A stretch of DNA of 64,000 bases from a bacterium (lineage in GTDB: Bacteria; Zhuqueibacterota; Zhuqueibacteria; Residuimicrobiales; Krinioviventaceae), in assembly GCA_963675755.2 (NCBI GenBank), contig CAXXMD010000003.1:1152001-1216000 (forward strand), written 5' to 3'. Positions 18,467 to 28,594 of the stretch are shown here, one piece after another. The first letter of the stretch is position 1; each line of letters starts with the position of its first letter. A program made the translations under genes and the position numbers. Under the pieces are notes generated by a model. That model was not told the DNA's origin, did not search any database, and saw nothing but the letters and a program-made list of their open reading frames with translations.

Positions 18467-18513
18467 TTGACAACATTGAAAAAAATAGCTATATTACTTG
18501 TACAATTGTACAA
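18467..18513 (+). promoter_or_regulatory. TA promoter and palindromic operator
   Basis: TTGACA(18467)-17 nt-TATATT(18490), followed by the perfect 16-bp palindrome TTGTACAATTGTACAA (18498-18513). Confidence 0.8.
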
Positions 18514-18525
18514 AAGGAGATTTGT

Positions 18526-18918
18526 TTGCTAATAACTATTGATACCTCTGTAATCATTGCGATTTTGATAAATGAACCGGAAAAACATGCTATTATTAAT
18601 CAAACTATAGGAGCAGACTTGTGTTCTCCTTTATCACTAAAATGGGAAATTGGAAACGCTTTTTCTGCAATGTTTAAAAGAAACAGAATTTCAAAAGAAA
18701 AGGCTAATAATGCGATGGATCAATTCAAAACAATTCCCATTCGTCTTATTGATATTGACTTAAAAGATTCTCTTGAATTGGCACATTCTTTAAATATATA
18801 TGCTTACGATGCATACATGATTGCCTGTGCAATAAAATGTAACACTCCACTACTAACTCTCGACACAAGGTTGGCAGAAAAAGCAATATCAGTTGGTATA
18901 AAAACAATAGAGGTATAA
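18526..18918 (+). CDS. vapC: VapC-family PIN-domain toxin
   Basis: PIN acidic residues in IDTS, WEIGNA, YAYDAY, LTLD; AAGGAG RBS and TTG start. Confidence 0.9.
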   Translation: MLITIDTSVIIAILINEPEKHAIINQTIGADLCSPLSLKWEIGNAFSAMFKRNRISKEKANNAMDQFKTIPIRLIDIDLKDSLELAHSLNIYAYDAYMIACAIKCNTPLLTLDTRLAEKAISVGIKTIEV

Positions 18919-18919
18919 T

Positions 18920-19138
18920 ATGAAAATATATACATATTCCGAAGCACGTCAAAAGCTGTCCTCTGTTTTAGAAGAAGCTGAAATTTATGGCAAGGTTATG
19001 ATAAAACGAAGAAATGGAACTGTTTTTACTATTACGAAAACAGAATCTCAAAATTCCCCTCTCGATGTACCGGGTGTGGACACAGACATCAAACGGGACG
19101 AAATTGTTGATATCATTCGGGAAATCCGGGAACGTTAA
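18920..19138 (+). CDS. Phd/YefM-family antitoxin
   Basis: YTYSEARQKLSSVLEEA...VMIKRRNG; starts 1 nt after the toxin stop. Confidence 0.85.
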   Translation: MKIYTYSEARQKLSSVLEEAEIYGKVMIKRRNGTVFTITKTESQNSPLDVPGVDTDIKRDEIVDIIREIRER

Positions 19139-19287
19139 ATTCCCTTAAAATCAAATTCTATCTACTCTTTGAAAAGCACCATTCCAAACCCTCTGGTAAT
19201 TTTTCCAATTGACATTTTCAGCAAATTTGTTTATGATACAATATCAATTTTCTTTATATGCTCTCGTATTGAATTTCGGAGGTATTC

Positions 19288-20517
19288 ATGCTGAACCGTA
19301 TAATTCTTGTTGTTGCTTTATTGTGTATTACCATTCAACCCTTAACAGCCAAGGACGCAAAGGGAATGACCGTAGAAGGCCTGTTTTATATGGATATGTC
19401 ACCCGTCGATATCACTTTCAAAGACGGTGTGATAACAAATATTACCCGCAAAGAAAAACTAGACGGTCCCGCAAATGTCTACATTGCACCCGGACTTTTT
19501 GACAATCAAATCAACGGATACGCCGGTGTATCTTTTGCATTTGCCGGGGGTGAGCTGACACTGGATGGTATCCGCAAAGCTACCAAAGCCTTGTGGAAAG
19601 ATGGTGTAACCACTTATATGCCCACCGTAACCACAAACAGCGATGAGGTTTTCATGGCAAATCTTCCTGTTATTGCCGACGCTGTTAATGATCCTGAACA
19701 TTATGGTACTATTCCCGGCATCCATGTGGAAGGTCCTTATATCTCTCCCATTGACGGATTCCGTGGCGCCCATCCAAAACAATTTGTACGCCTTCCTGAT
19801 TGGGATGAATTCTCCAAATACCAAAAAGCTGCAAAAGGAACCATCATGCAAGTTACAGTTGCACCCGAGATTGACGGTGCAATGGATTTTATTAAACAGT
19901 GCAGCATGAACAACATTCTGGTTGCACTGGGACACCATAATGGAAATGCCGATCAGGTTAAACAAGCCGCAGATCTTGGCGCCGCAACCTGTACTCACCT
20001 GGGCAACGGCTGCGCCAACATGATCAATCGCCACAATAATCCCCTTTGGCCGCAATTGGCTGACGACCGTTTAATGATCAGCATCATCTGTGACGGATTT
20101 CATCTGCGTCCCGAAGAGATTAAAACCTTTTGGAGAGCCAAAGGCACCAATGGCACAATGATCACATCAGACGTTACCAGCTATGCTGCACTGCCGCCGG
20201 GTGAATATAAAACTCCTCATGGCGAAACCATTGAACTCACCCCTGAAGGCTTGCTGCATTACCCTGCACAAAAAGTGCTTTACGGTTCTGCCTCTCCCAT
20301 CACTAAAGGAGTAGGTCACATTATGAAAGTAACCGGCTGCAGCCTTCAGGAAGCAATTCAAATGGCAAGCACCAATCAGGCCAACTTGTACGGACTGGAT
20401 GACCGTGGTGTTTTGGAATCCGGTAAACGTGCGGATATCATCTTGTTCACCATTGATGATTTTAAAGTAAATATTAAAAAGACCATAGTAAATGGCCATG
20501 TGGTCTATGAACAATAA
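19288..20517 (+). CDS. nagA: N-acetylglucosamine-6-phosphate deacetylase with N-terminal signal peptide
   Basis: PGLFDNQING, HVEGPY, GAH, THLGNG, CDGFH, GKRADI. Confidence 0.88.
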   Translation: MLNRIILVVALLCITIQPLTAKDAKGMTVEGLFYMDMSPVDITFKDGVITNITRKEKLDGPANVYIAPGLFDNQINGYAGVSFAFAGGELTLDGIRKATKALWKDGVTTYMPTVTTNSDEVFMANLPVIADAVNDPEHYGTIPGIHVEGPYISPIDGFRGAHPKQFVRLPDWDEFSKYQKAAKGTIMQVTVAPEIDGAMDFIKQCSMNNILVALGHHNGNADQVKQAADLGAATCTHLGNGCANMINRHNNPLWPQLADDRLMISIICDGFHLRPEEIKTFWRAKGTNGTMITSDVTSYAALPPGEYKTPHGETIELTPEGLLHYPAQKVLYGSASPITKGVGHIMKVTGCSLQEAIQMASTNQANLYGLDDRGVLESGKRADIILFTIDDFKVNIKKTIVNGHVVYEQ

Positions 20518-20541
20518 ACTCTGAACAGGAGATCGAACAGA

Positions 20542-21312
20542 ATGTCACAAAAACCTGACAAATCCATAACAGTTGAAAAACTGAATGTGGAAATTTATAA
20601 CGATACCAAAATAATGGGCCAGGCCGCCGCAGATCAAGTAACTGAGGTATTAAAAGCTGCAATAGCAGAAAAAGGTCATGCAACCCTGATCCTGGCAACC
20701 GGCGCTTCTCAGTTTTCATTCATTGAAGCGTTCAAAGATAAAGAACTCGATTGGCCAAAAATTACGGTATTCCATCTTGATGAATATGTAGGCATGTCTG
20801 ATCAGCATCCTGCCAGCTTTGTAAAATACCTGAAAGAACGGATACTCGATCATGTTTCTCCCAAAGCAATCCATTTTCTCAATGGAGACGCCCCGGACGC
20901 TGACGCTGAAGCCCAGCGTTACGAAGACCTTCTCAAACAACACGAGGTAGACTGTGCCTGTATTGGTATTGGTGAAAACGGGCATATAGCGTTTAATGAC
21001 CCACCTGTTGCGGATTTTGATGATCCCAAGCTGGTCAAAGTTGTAGAATTGGATGACGACTGTCGCAAGCAGCAGTTGGGCGAAGGCTGGTTCCCCACAT
21101 TTGAGGATGTACCAACACACGCACTCAGCCAGACCATCCCGGCAATGATGCGCTGCAAATACATTAGCTGCGTAGTTCCGGATGAACGCAAAGCAACTGC
21201 CGTTAAAAACACACTCAATGCGCCTATCGGTACTGCTTGTCCCGCAACAATTCTAAGAACTCACCCTAACACTGTTCTGTATCTGGATGCGGCATCAGCT
21301 TCAAAATTATAA
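20542..21312 (+). CDS. nagB: Glucosamine-6-phosphate deaminase family
   Basis: LATGASQ, FHLDEYVG, GIGENGHIAFNDP. Confidence 0.88.
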   Translation: MSQKPDKSITVEKLNVEIYNDTKIMGQAAADQVTEVLKAAIAEKGHATLILATGASQFSFIEAFKDKELDWPKITVFHLDEYVGMSDQHPASFVKYLKERILDHVSPKAIHFLNGDAPDADAEAQRYEDLLKQHEVDCACIGIGENGHIAFNDPPVADFDDPKLVKVVELDDDCRKQQLGEGWFPTFEDVPTHALSQTIPAMMRCKYISCVVPDERKATAVKNTLNAPIGTACPATILRTHPNTVLYLDAASASKL

Positions 21313-21318
21313 GCTGGC

Positions 21319-21972
21319 ATGAAACATTCTCTTCTATTTTTATTATTGTGTATTATCGGGTCCGTCACTGCCAATGACAGCAGTGACTGGACCTTTTTAT
21401 TTGATGGTACTTCAATTGAACAATGGCAAGCTATAAAACACCAGGAATCTTTTACACTCGAAAACGGTATATTAAAAGCCAATAGCAAAAAAGGAATGGA
21501 CCATCTGATCTATATTGGCTCTCGTCCTGATTCTCTGCCCCAATTTAAAAATTTCGAGTTGGTAGTTATCTGCAAAGGAAAAATCAACTCCAATTCCGGA
21601 ATCTTTATTCACACAAACAGGGATCTGAATTGGTGGACCCTTTTAAAGAATGGATATGAAATTCAGTTAAACAATACCCCCAAAGATAAACGCAAAACCG
21701 GCAGCCTTTATGATGTTTTGGATATTGAAAGCTGTCCTGTCGATGATACGCAATGGTTCAAGATGCACATAACGGTTAATGACAAACGGATAACGGTCAA
21801 GCTCGACAGCTCAACGGTTGTTGATTATACAGAGCCCTTACATCCCAAACGATCATGGAAAAGAAAAAACCGTCTTCTTGATACCGCGGGAGGAACCATT
21901 GCAATTCAGGCACACGATCCCAATAGCACATGGTACTTTAAAGAAATACGCATCAGAACACTGAACGAGTAA
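21319..21972 (+). CDS. DUF1080 (3-keto-disaccharide hydrolase) domain protein, secreted
   Basis: LFDG, NSGIF, GYEIQL, TGSLY, GTIAIQAHDP...FKEIRI. Confidence 0.9.
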   Translation: MKHSLLFLLLCIIGSVTANDSSDWTFLFDGTSIEQWQAIKHQESFTLENGILKANSKKGMDHLIYIGSRPDSLPQFKNFELVVICKGKINSNSGIFIHTNRDLNWWTLLKNGYEIQLNNTPKDKRKTGSLYDVLDIESCPVDDTQWFKMHITVNDKRITVKLDSSTVVDYTEPLHPKRSWKRKNRLLDTAGGTIAIQAHDPNSTWYFKEIRIRTLNE

Positions 21973-21974
21973 AA

Positions 21975-22823
21975 TTATTGATATAAAAATACCGGTTTCT
22001 TTTCTGTTTTCAACAAATGCTTTGCCAAGCTGCCCAACCTGAAATCAAACAAATTGCTTTTTGAATGTGTTCCCGCAATGATAAAATCCGTCTTTTCTAT
22101 GTATTTACTGTCAATCGATTCTATAATATCTTCCTCTGTCCATATCATCTCAACATTTTTATATCCATGACAGCTTAAAAACGCTTCAACCTGGTCAAGC
22201 AGGTATTTGGCTTCTTTTTCCACATCATGTAAAAAAAGAACCGTAATATTGAAAAAATCGTTCATCTCTAATTGTGCAAAACGATGTAAACCGCGCGATG
22301 CGGGATGGCTTCCGTCATAAGCGATGAGAACATTAAACTTTTCCTTGTTCAAGGATGCCAGATCCAATTCAATGGGCACTGTATAAACCGGTGTAACCAT
22401 ATGATTTAAAACTTTTTCAACAGATTCTCCATGCTTTGCCTTTGTACCAAATTGATAATAGGTTTTCATACCCATAATAATGGCATCATAAAAAAAGGAT
22501 TCATGAATAATTCTCTCAACAGGGCTCCCTTGTGTCTCCTCTTTTCGAAAACGGACCTTGTTGTGAATACATTTTTCCTCAAATCGGGCAAGCAACTCAT
22601 CAATATGATCTTCTGCTTCACGAATTTTCAATTTTTCAATTTTTTCAGCGTAATGAATAGCCCCCATAGGCACAGGACCAATGGACCGCTCAATACCGGG
22701 TAGGTCGAGAATGACTAACCCTGTCAATTCAGCATCCAATTTGCGGGCAATTATGCTCCCCAGCTCGATTGCATTGTCCGCATACTGTGAATCATCCAAA
22801 GGTAAAAGTATACGTTTAATCAT
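21975..22823 (-). CDS. Universal stress protein (tandem Usp domains)
   Basis: IKRILLPLDDS; VLIAYDGS; LGSLAKHLL. Confidence 0.88.
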   Translation of the reverse strand: MIKRILLPLDDSQYADNAIELGSIIARKLDAELTGLVILDLPGIERSIGPVPMGAIHYAEKIEKLKIREAEDHIDELLARFEEKCIHNKVRFRKEETQGSPVERIIHESFFYDAIIMGMKTYYQFGTKAKHGESVEKVLNHMVTPVYTVPIELDLASLNKEKFNVLIAYDGSHPASRGLHRFAQLEMNDFFNITVLFLHDVEKEAKYLLDQVEAFLSCHGYKNVEMIWTEEDIIESIDSKYIEKTDFIIAGTHSKSNLFDFRLGSLAKHLLKTEKKPVFLYQ

Positions 22824-22990
22824 AACACACCTCGAACTTTATTTCATAACAATTTCCCTTTTTACAAAAATTCCGACAATCCAATCCTGCAAAACAAATA
22901 AATTCATTTTATGGCTTGCATATTATCCAGAAAAGCGTTTAATTACGAATTATTAAAGTGGTGATTTACTTTTTTTGGAGAAGCGTTGAA

Positions 22991-24169
22991 ATGAAAAGAG
23001 CCGTATTATTTTTCCTGATCGCTATTACTGTTCAAACAGTTTATTCCTTCCCCCCCGAAAAAGAACCCGAATCCATGTTATGCCAGGGAGCTTATTTCAC
23101 TGAAAGCGAAGCAAAAGCCAAGCTAGAAGAATGGAAATCACTTTACACCACTTTGACTCAATGGAAATTTCGTGCGGGCATTATCAAACAAGGCATACTC
23201 GATGGTACCGGGTTAGACCCCATGCCCAAGAAAACCCCATTAAATCCCATTTACTCCAATCCACGCGAATATGATGGATATACCGTTGTTAATGTAGCAA
23301 TAGAAAGTAGACCCGGTGTTTTTGTAACCGGCAGTCTGTACAAACCTTCCGAATATAAAGGCAAACTTGCCGGAATTATTTGTCCTCATGGTCACTGGGG
23401 GGATGAAGACAATTATGGCCGCTATCGTCCCGACATGCAGTATCGTTGCGCAACCCTGGCAAAAATGGGTGCCGTGGTTATGTCAATTGATATGGTAGGT
23501 TATGGTGAAATGCAAAAATATGGCTGGGTTCACAAAAGCCCTGAAACGCTTAAACTCCAGTTATGGAACAGTATCCGCGTTCTCGATTACTTATTAACTC
23601 TCGATGAAGTTGATCCTGAACGAATTGGTGTAACTGGGGCATCAGGCGGCGGCACACAAACATTCCTGCTTACCGCAATAGATGACCGCGTAGCGGTTTC
23701 TGCTCCCATAGTAATGGTCTCTGCATATTTCTTTGGCGGCTGTGTATGTGAAAGTGGAATGCCCATTCATAAAAGCACCTGCCACGAAACAAATAATGTT
23801 GAAATTGCAGCACTGGCCGCACCCAGGCCTTTGCTTCTGGTTTCTGATGGTGAAGACTGGACCAAAAACACGCCTGATGTAGAATATCCTTTCATTCGTG
23901 ATATTTATTCACTCTACAATGCTAAAGACCGCGTACATCACACACACATTCCGAATGAAGGGCATGATTACGGCTTTTCAAAACGCAAACCCATGTATCA
24001 TTTTATGGCAAAATATCTGAATCTGGATATTAATAAAGTGCATAATGCCAAGGGTGAAATTGATGAAAGTAATGTAACCATTGAAAAAAATGAAAACATG
24101 CATGTCTTTACAAAGGATGTGCCGCTTCCCGCACATGCACTTAGACCCAATGATGCAATCAAGTGGTAA
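22991..24169 (+). CDS. Secreted alpha/beta-hydrolase (acetylxylan-esterase-like)
   Basis: CPHGH, GVTGASGGGTQT nucleophile elbow, GGCVCESG, APRPLL; signal peptide from ATG 22991. Confidence 0.85.
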   Translation: MKRAVLFFLIAITVQTVYSFPPEKEPESMLCQGAYFTESEAKAKLEEWKSLYTTLTQWKFRAGIIKQGILDGTGLDPMPKKTPLNPIYSNPREYDGYTVVNVAIESRPGVFVTGSLYKPSEYKGKLAGIICPHGHWGDEDNYGRYRPDMQYRCATLAKMGAVVMSIDMVGYGEMQKYGWVHKSPETLKLQLWNSIRVLDYLLTLDEVDPERIGVTGASGGGTQTFLLTAIDDRVAVSAPIVMVSAYFFGGCVCESGMPIHKSTCHETNNVEIAALAAPRPLLLVSDGEDWTKNTPDVEYPFIRDIYSLYNAKDRVHHTHIPNEGHDYGFSKRKPMYHFMAKYLNLDINKVHNAKGEIDESNVTIEKNENMHVFTKDVPLPAHALRPNDAIKW

Positions 24170-24255
24170 CAAGTTTTTCACTATTTACATTATTCAAAAA
24201 CTTTTGAAAATATTTGAATACACCAGACCAGTTTGTATATATAATAGAATAACAG

Positions 24256-26385
24256 ATGGATCATTTTTTTAACAAAACCATTAATTTTTCTCTGGTATTG
24301 ATAGCACTACTCGCACTCCCTTTCACCTCGCTAGCCAATCAAGATCCGGACATATTATTCCTAAACTCGTACTATCTGGGATACGAATGGTCTGACAATA
24401 TTGTAAAAAGTTTTCAATACGAAATAAACAATGCTTTCCAAAATCCCATTATATCTATAGAATATATGGATAGTAAACAATTCAAGAGTGATGAATATTA
24501 TCAATCTCTTGCTGATCTCTATTATTATAAATATCACGACAATAAACCAGATGTTATTGTATGCTCAGATGATAATGCATTCCAGTTCGTCATGAATTAT
24601 TATAATGACCTGTTCAAAGATATACCTTTTGTTTTTTGTGGAGTTGGCAAGATTGATCAAAAGTATATTGAAAATCACAAAAATTTCACCGGCATTATTG
24701 AACATCTCGATATTCAGGCAACAATAAATCTAATTAACAAGTTCCATCCCGATCTTGAGAATCTCTATATTATCACAGAAAACACAATCACAGGTGTATC
24801 CCAAAAAGAGGCCACTGAAAGTCAGGAACAGCAATTCCCGGATATCAATTTCAGGTACTTTGATGGTAGATATCTAACTACATATCAGCTGCTTGACAAA
24901 ATTAAACAATTGCCTGAGCATTCTGCCCTGTTACCATTAACCTGGATGCGTGATGCTTCCGGAGAGGTTTTTGATAATGAAATCATATATCCTCTCATTA
25001 TTAACAGCAGCAATGTTCCCGTTTACAGTACCGGTGAAATTATGATGGGGATGGGAGTTATAGGAGGTATGCTAAACAGTGGTTTTAATCAAGGTGAGTT
25101 GGCAGCAATGTTAACATTAAAAATCTTGAATGGAGAAAAACCCGAAAACATACCCATTGTTGTAGATACACATAATCCATGCATGCTGGATTATCAAATG
25201 ATAAAAAAATATAAAATCGATACAAACCTTATTCCTGCCAATAGTATAATTATCAACAAACCCATATCTCTTTATGAAAAACATAAAAGCGTAATCTGGA
25301 TTGCGATTTCAATAAATTCAATACTGGCTTTTATTATAGCAATTTTGATCATAAATATAATTTCCCGTCATAAAACTGAAAAAGCATTAAGACAGAGCCG
25401 AATGCAATACAAAACGCTTGTTGAAACCGCTCCGGAATCTGTCATTATGCTGGATTTTGAAGGAACTATTCTTTTTGCGTCAGATCATACCTGGTCTATG
25501 TTCAATCTGCCTGCTGATCAAGCTTTGGAAAATAAAAAAGTAACAGCCTTTATTGACAAGAAAAATTTAGACGAGATAAACAATTTTAATTTACAGCTTA
25601 AAAATTTAAAAACAGTTCGAAATAAAGAAATCATCTTTAAAAGAGCAGACAACTCTCGTTTCATCGGAGAAATAAACGCAAGCTATATACTGGGTATAGA
25701 TTCTATACCTAATGCGATAATCGCTACTGTAAGGGATATTTCAGGGCGCAAAGAATATGAAGATATGATTAAAAAATCTCTACTTGAAAAAGAAATTCTC
25801 TTGAAGGAAATTCATCATAGAGTTAAAAACAATATGCAGGTAATTTGCAGTCTGCTTAGTCTTCAGGAAAAATATATACCTGATCCAGAATCTCTCAAAG
25901 TTTTTCAGGAAACCAAAAGTCGTGTAATGTCTATGGCACTCATACATGAAAGAATGTATCGATCAGAAGATCTGGCAGAAATCAATTTCAAAGAATATAT
26001 TCAAAACCTTATTGTAGATTTGGGCCATACTTATAATACAGACAATAAATTATTTTCTTTCGACATCAAAGGCCCTGATATCTTTTTAGACTTGAACAGA
26101 GCAATACCCTGCGGGCTGATTTTAAATGAATTGGTAACAAATGCAATAAAATATGCGTTTCCGGACAACCAACCCGGTACGATTAATATAAAACTAGACA
26201 CTTCAAGCAACCGTTTTTCCATACTCGTAAAAGATGATGGTATTGGTATCCCTCAAGGCTTTAATCCTGAAACATCAACTACATTTGGTTATAAAATGAT
26301 CCATGCACTAATAAGTCAGATAGAAGGTGAGTTAATTGTACAGCGGAATAATGGTACCATTGTACAATTTTCATTTAACAGTTAA
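24256..26385 (+). CDS. Sensor histidine kinase (periplasmic solute-binding-like domain, TM, PAS, HisKA_2, HATPase)
   Basis: LNSYYLGYEWSD, EYMD, DDNAF; EIHHRVKNNMQ; NELVTNAIKYAF; DDGIG. Confidence 0.9.
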   Translation: MDHFFNKTINFSLVLIALLALPFTSLANQDPDILFLNSYYLGYEWSDNIVKSFQYEINNAFQNPIISIEYMDSKQFKSDEYYQSLADLYYYKYHDNKPDVIVCSDDNAFQFVMNYYNDLFKDIPFVFCGVGKIDQKYIENHKNFTGIIEHLDIQATINLINKFHPDLENLYIITENTITGVSQKEATESQEQQFPDINFRYFDGRYLTTYQLLDKIKQLPEHSALLPLTWMRDASGEVFDNEIIYPLIINSSNVPVYSTGEIMMGMGVIGGMLNSGFNQGELAAMLTLKILNGEKPENIPIVVDTHNPCMLDYQMIKKYKIDTNLIPANSIIINKPISLYEKHKSVIWIAISINSILAFIIAILIINIISRHKTEKALRQSRMQYKTLVETAPESVIMLDFEGTILFASDHTWSMFNLPADQALENKKVTAFIDKKNLDEINNFNLQLKNLKTVRNKEIIFKRADNSRFIGEINASYILGIDSIPNAIIATVRDISGRKEYEDMIKKSLLEKEILLKEIHHRVKNNMQVICSLLSLQEKYIPDPESLKVFQETKSRVMSMALIHERMYRSEDLAEINFKEYIQNLIVDLGHTYNTDNKLFSFDIKGPDIFLDLNRAIPCGLILNELVTNAIKYAFPDNQPGTINIKLDTSSNRFSILVKDDGIGIPQGFNPETSTTFGYKMIHALISQIEGELIVQRNNGTIVQFSFNS

Positions 26386-26429
26386 AATTACAAATAATTT
26401 ATGACAAATACCCAAGGCGGCAATAGAGC

Positions 26430-28529
26430 GTGATTCGCAAGATAATACACATTTACCTTTATTCCCTTTTGCTTGTTTTACCAAGCTTTGCCTCTGTTGA
26501 TTTAAACAAAACAAACGTCTTGTTGTTAAACTCTTATCACCAGGGTTATCAATGGACTGATAATATAACCAAAGCTATTGAAAAAGAATTATTAAAAAGT
26601 TTGCCTAATACACGTCTATATATTGAATACATGGACACCAAAAGACACATTGCACCAGAATATTATACAAAACTGGAAAATATATTTAGTATAAAATATG
26701 AAAATATTAAACTGGCAGCAATAATATGCTCCGATGATAATGCATTCAACTTTGTAAAAAAAAACAACAACCTATTTAACAATGCACCAATAGTCTTTTG
26801 TGGTGTTGCAGCAATTGATTCGAATGAATTTAAAAATCATATCAACTTTACCGGGATTCTTGAGACTTTTGATGTTAAATCAAATATAGATCTGGTTTTA
26901 AATCTACACCCTGACACACGTAACATCTATTATATTGTAGAAAACACTTTAACCGGCAGAGAACATAGAAAGGTATTTGAAAAATACCGGCCACTTTATC
27001 CCCAATTAAATTTTTTCTTTCTTGATGGTAAAGATCTATCAACTCAACAACTGCTTGACACACTAAAAGTTTTACTCCCCAAATCCATTGTTTTTCCAAT
27101 ACATTGGTCAAAAGATAAAAACAATCATTTCCAGGATACAAAAAAAATGTATCCTCTTATTTGTCAAACAAGCAGTGCACCCACATATGGTTTAACCGAT
27201 GTCATGACCTGGGATGGCGTTATAGGTGGTAAAATGCGAAAAGGAGATATGATAGGTCAACAATCGGTAGATTTATTGATACAAATTCTGGAGGGAAAGA
27301 AACCTCAAGACATCCCAATTATTCCAGAAACACCTACAGAATATGTTTTTGATTATAATCAGTTAGTTAAACACAACATTCCCTTAAAACTCATTCCACC
27401 TACAAGTCAAATTATGAATCAACCGTTTTCTTTTTATCAGTTTCACAAAAGTGTTATCTGGTTTTCCATATCGGTTGTTTCATTCTTACTTTTTATTATT
27501 TTTATTTTATACTTGATAATCATTAACCGTAGAAAAACAGAACATGAACTATTAACCAGCCAGCAGCATTACAAAAAACTGATTGAAACATCTCCCGATG
27601 CCGTTCTGCTTTTAAATTTGGATGGGAAAATACAATTCACATCAGAACATTCAAAACTGCTGTTTTGTAAAAACAACTCTATTTCTCTTGAAGACAAAAC
27701 AATATATGACTTTGTACAGGAATCATTCAAAGATACCCTTTATGAAATCATTTGTTCAATTGAAACAAAAAAATCATTAAAAAAAATAGAGCTCGAATTT
27801 GTTCGCTGTGACGGAACATCCTTTACAGGTGAAACCAATTTCAGCTATTTTTTCAATCCTCAACACAGCAATTTTATTATTATTGCGGCAATCCGTGATA
27901 TTACATTGATGAAAGAAAACGAAAAACAACTGGATAAATCATTAAAAGAAAAAGAGATATTATTAAAAGAAATTCACCATCGTGTCAAAAACAACATGCA
28001 GATCATTCACAGCTTGTTGAATCTACAGGGAAGTTATACATTTAAACCCAGTTCAGATAACATTTTCAACAACACAAAAAACCTGATAATGTCGATATTT
28101 CTTGTCCATGCAAAAATTTATAACACTGAAAAGCCTGACGAAATTGAATTTTCAGATTATATTTCAAGTATTATACAGCATATTGAACTCGGGCAAAAAA
28201 ACAAACCCCAAATACATATGAATATCAGTACCGTATCTATTGATCTGGATCGAGCAATTCCATGCGGTTTGTTGATAACTGAATTAATCAATAATGTATA
28301 TTCCCTTGAAAATCTAAACATATCTGATAGTATAACCATCAACTTGAAAAAACAAGATAACCATTACTTTTTATCTGTTTCTTATTCCTTCCAGGATGAA
28401 AAAACAAAAAATAGTTTTTCTCCCTCCCAATCGAGTAATCAAATTATTACTGCAATGGTATCACAATTGAATGGCAAATTATCATTCGAACAAAAAAAGG
28501 ATATAAGCTATCAAATTCTCTTTGATTGA
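26430..28529 (+). CDS. Paralogous sensor kinase with degenerate ATPase domain (possible pseudokinase)
   Basis: Same architecture and intact EIHHRVKNNMQ, but the N-box reads ELINNVYSL and DxGxG is replaced by SYSFQDE. Confidence 0.8.
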   Translation: MIRKIIHIYLYSLLLVLPSFASVDLNKTNVLLLNSYHQGYQWTDNITKAIEKELLKSLPNTRLYIEYMDTKRHIAPEYYTKLENIFSIKYENIKLAAIICSDDNAFNFVKKNNNLFNNAPIVFCGVAAIDSNEFKNHINFTGILETFDVKSNIDLVLNLHPDTRNIYYIVENTLTGREHRKVFEKYRPLYPQLNFFFLDGKDLSTQQLLDTLKVLLPKSIVFPIHWSKDKNNHFQDTKKMYPLICQTSSAPTYGLTDVMTWDGVIGGKMRKGDMIGQQSVDLLIQILEGKKPQDIPIIPETPTEYVFDYNQLVKHNIPLKLIPPTSQIMNQPFSFYQFHKSVIWFSISVVSFLLFIIFILYLIIINRRKTEHELLTSQQHYKKLIETSPDAVLLLNLDGKIQFTSEHSKLLFCKNNSISLEDKTIYDFVQESFKDTLYEIICSIETKKSLKKIELEFVRCDGTSFTGETNFSYFFNPQHSNFIIIAAIRDITLMKENEKQLDKSLKEKEILLKEIHHRVKNNMQIIHSLLNLQGSYTFKPSSDNIFNNTKNLIMSIFLVHAKIYNTEKPDEIEFSDYISSIIQHIELGQKNKPQIHMNISTVSIDLDRAIPCGLLITELINNVYSLENLNISDSITINLKKQDNHYFLSVSYSFQDEKTKNSFSPSQSSNQIITAMVSQLNGKLSFEQKKDISYQILFD

Positions 28530-28594
28530 ATCTCGAAAAATAATATATTAATTAAACACCTGTAAATCCACATACACAAACCTGGGATATTTCA

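Noticed and set aside
19459-20055. 198-aa antisense ORF in nagA (similarly 31114-31737, 38943-39497, 61215-61658)
   Set aside because: Antisense shadows of well-conserved genes with no recognisable motifs.
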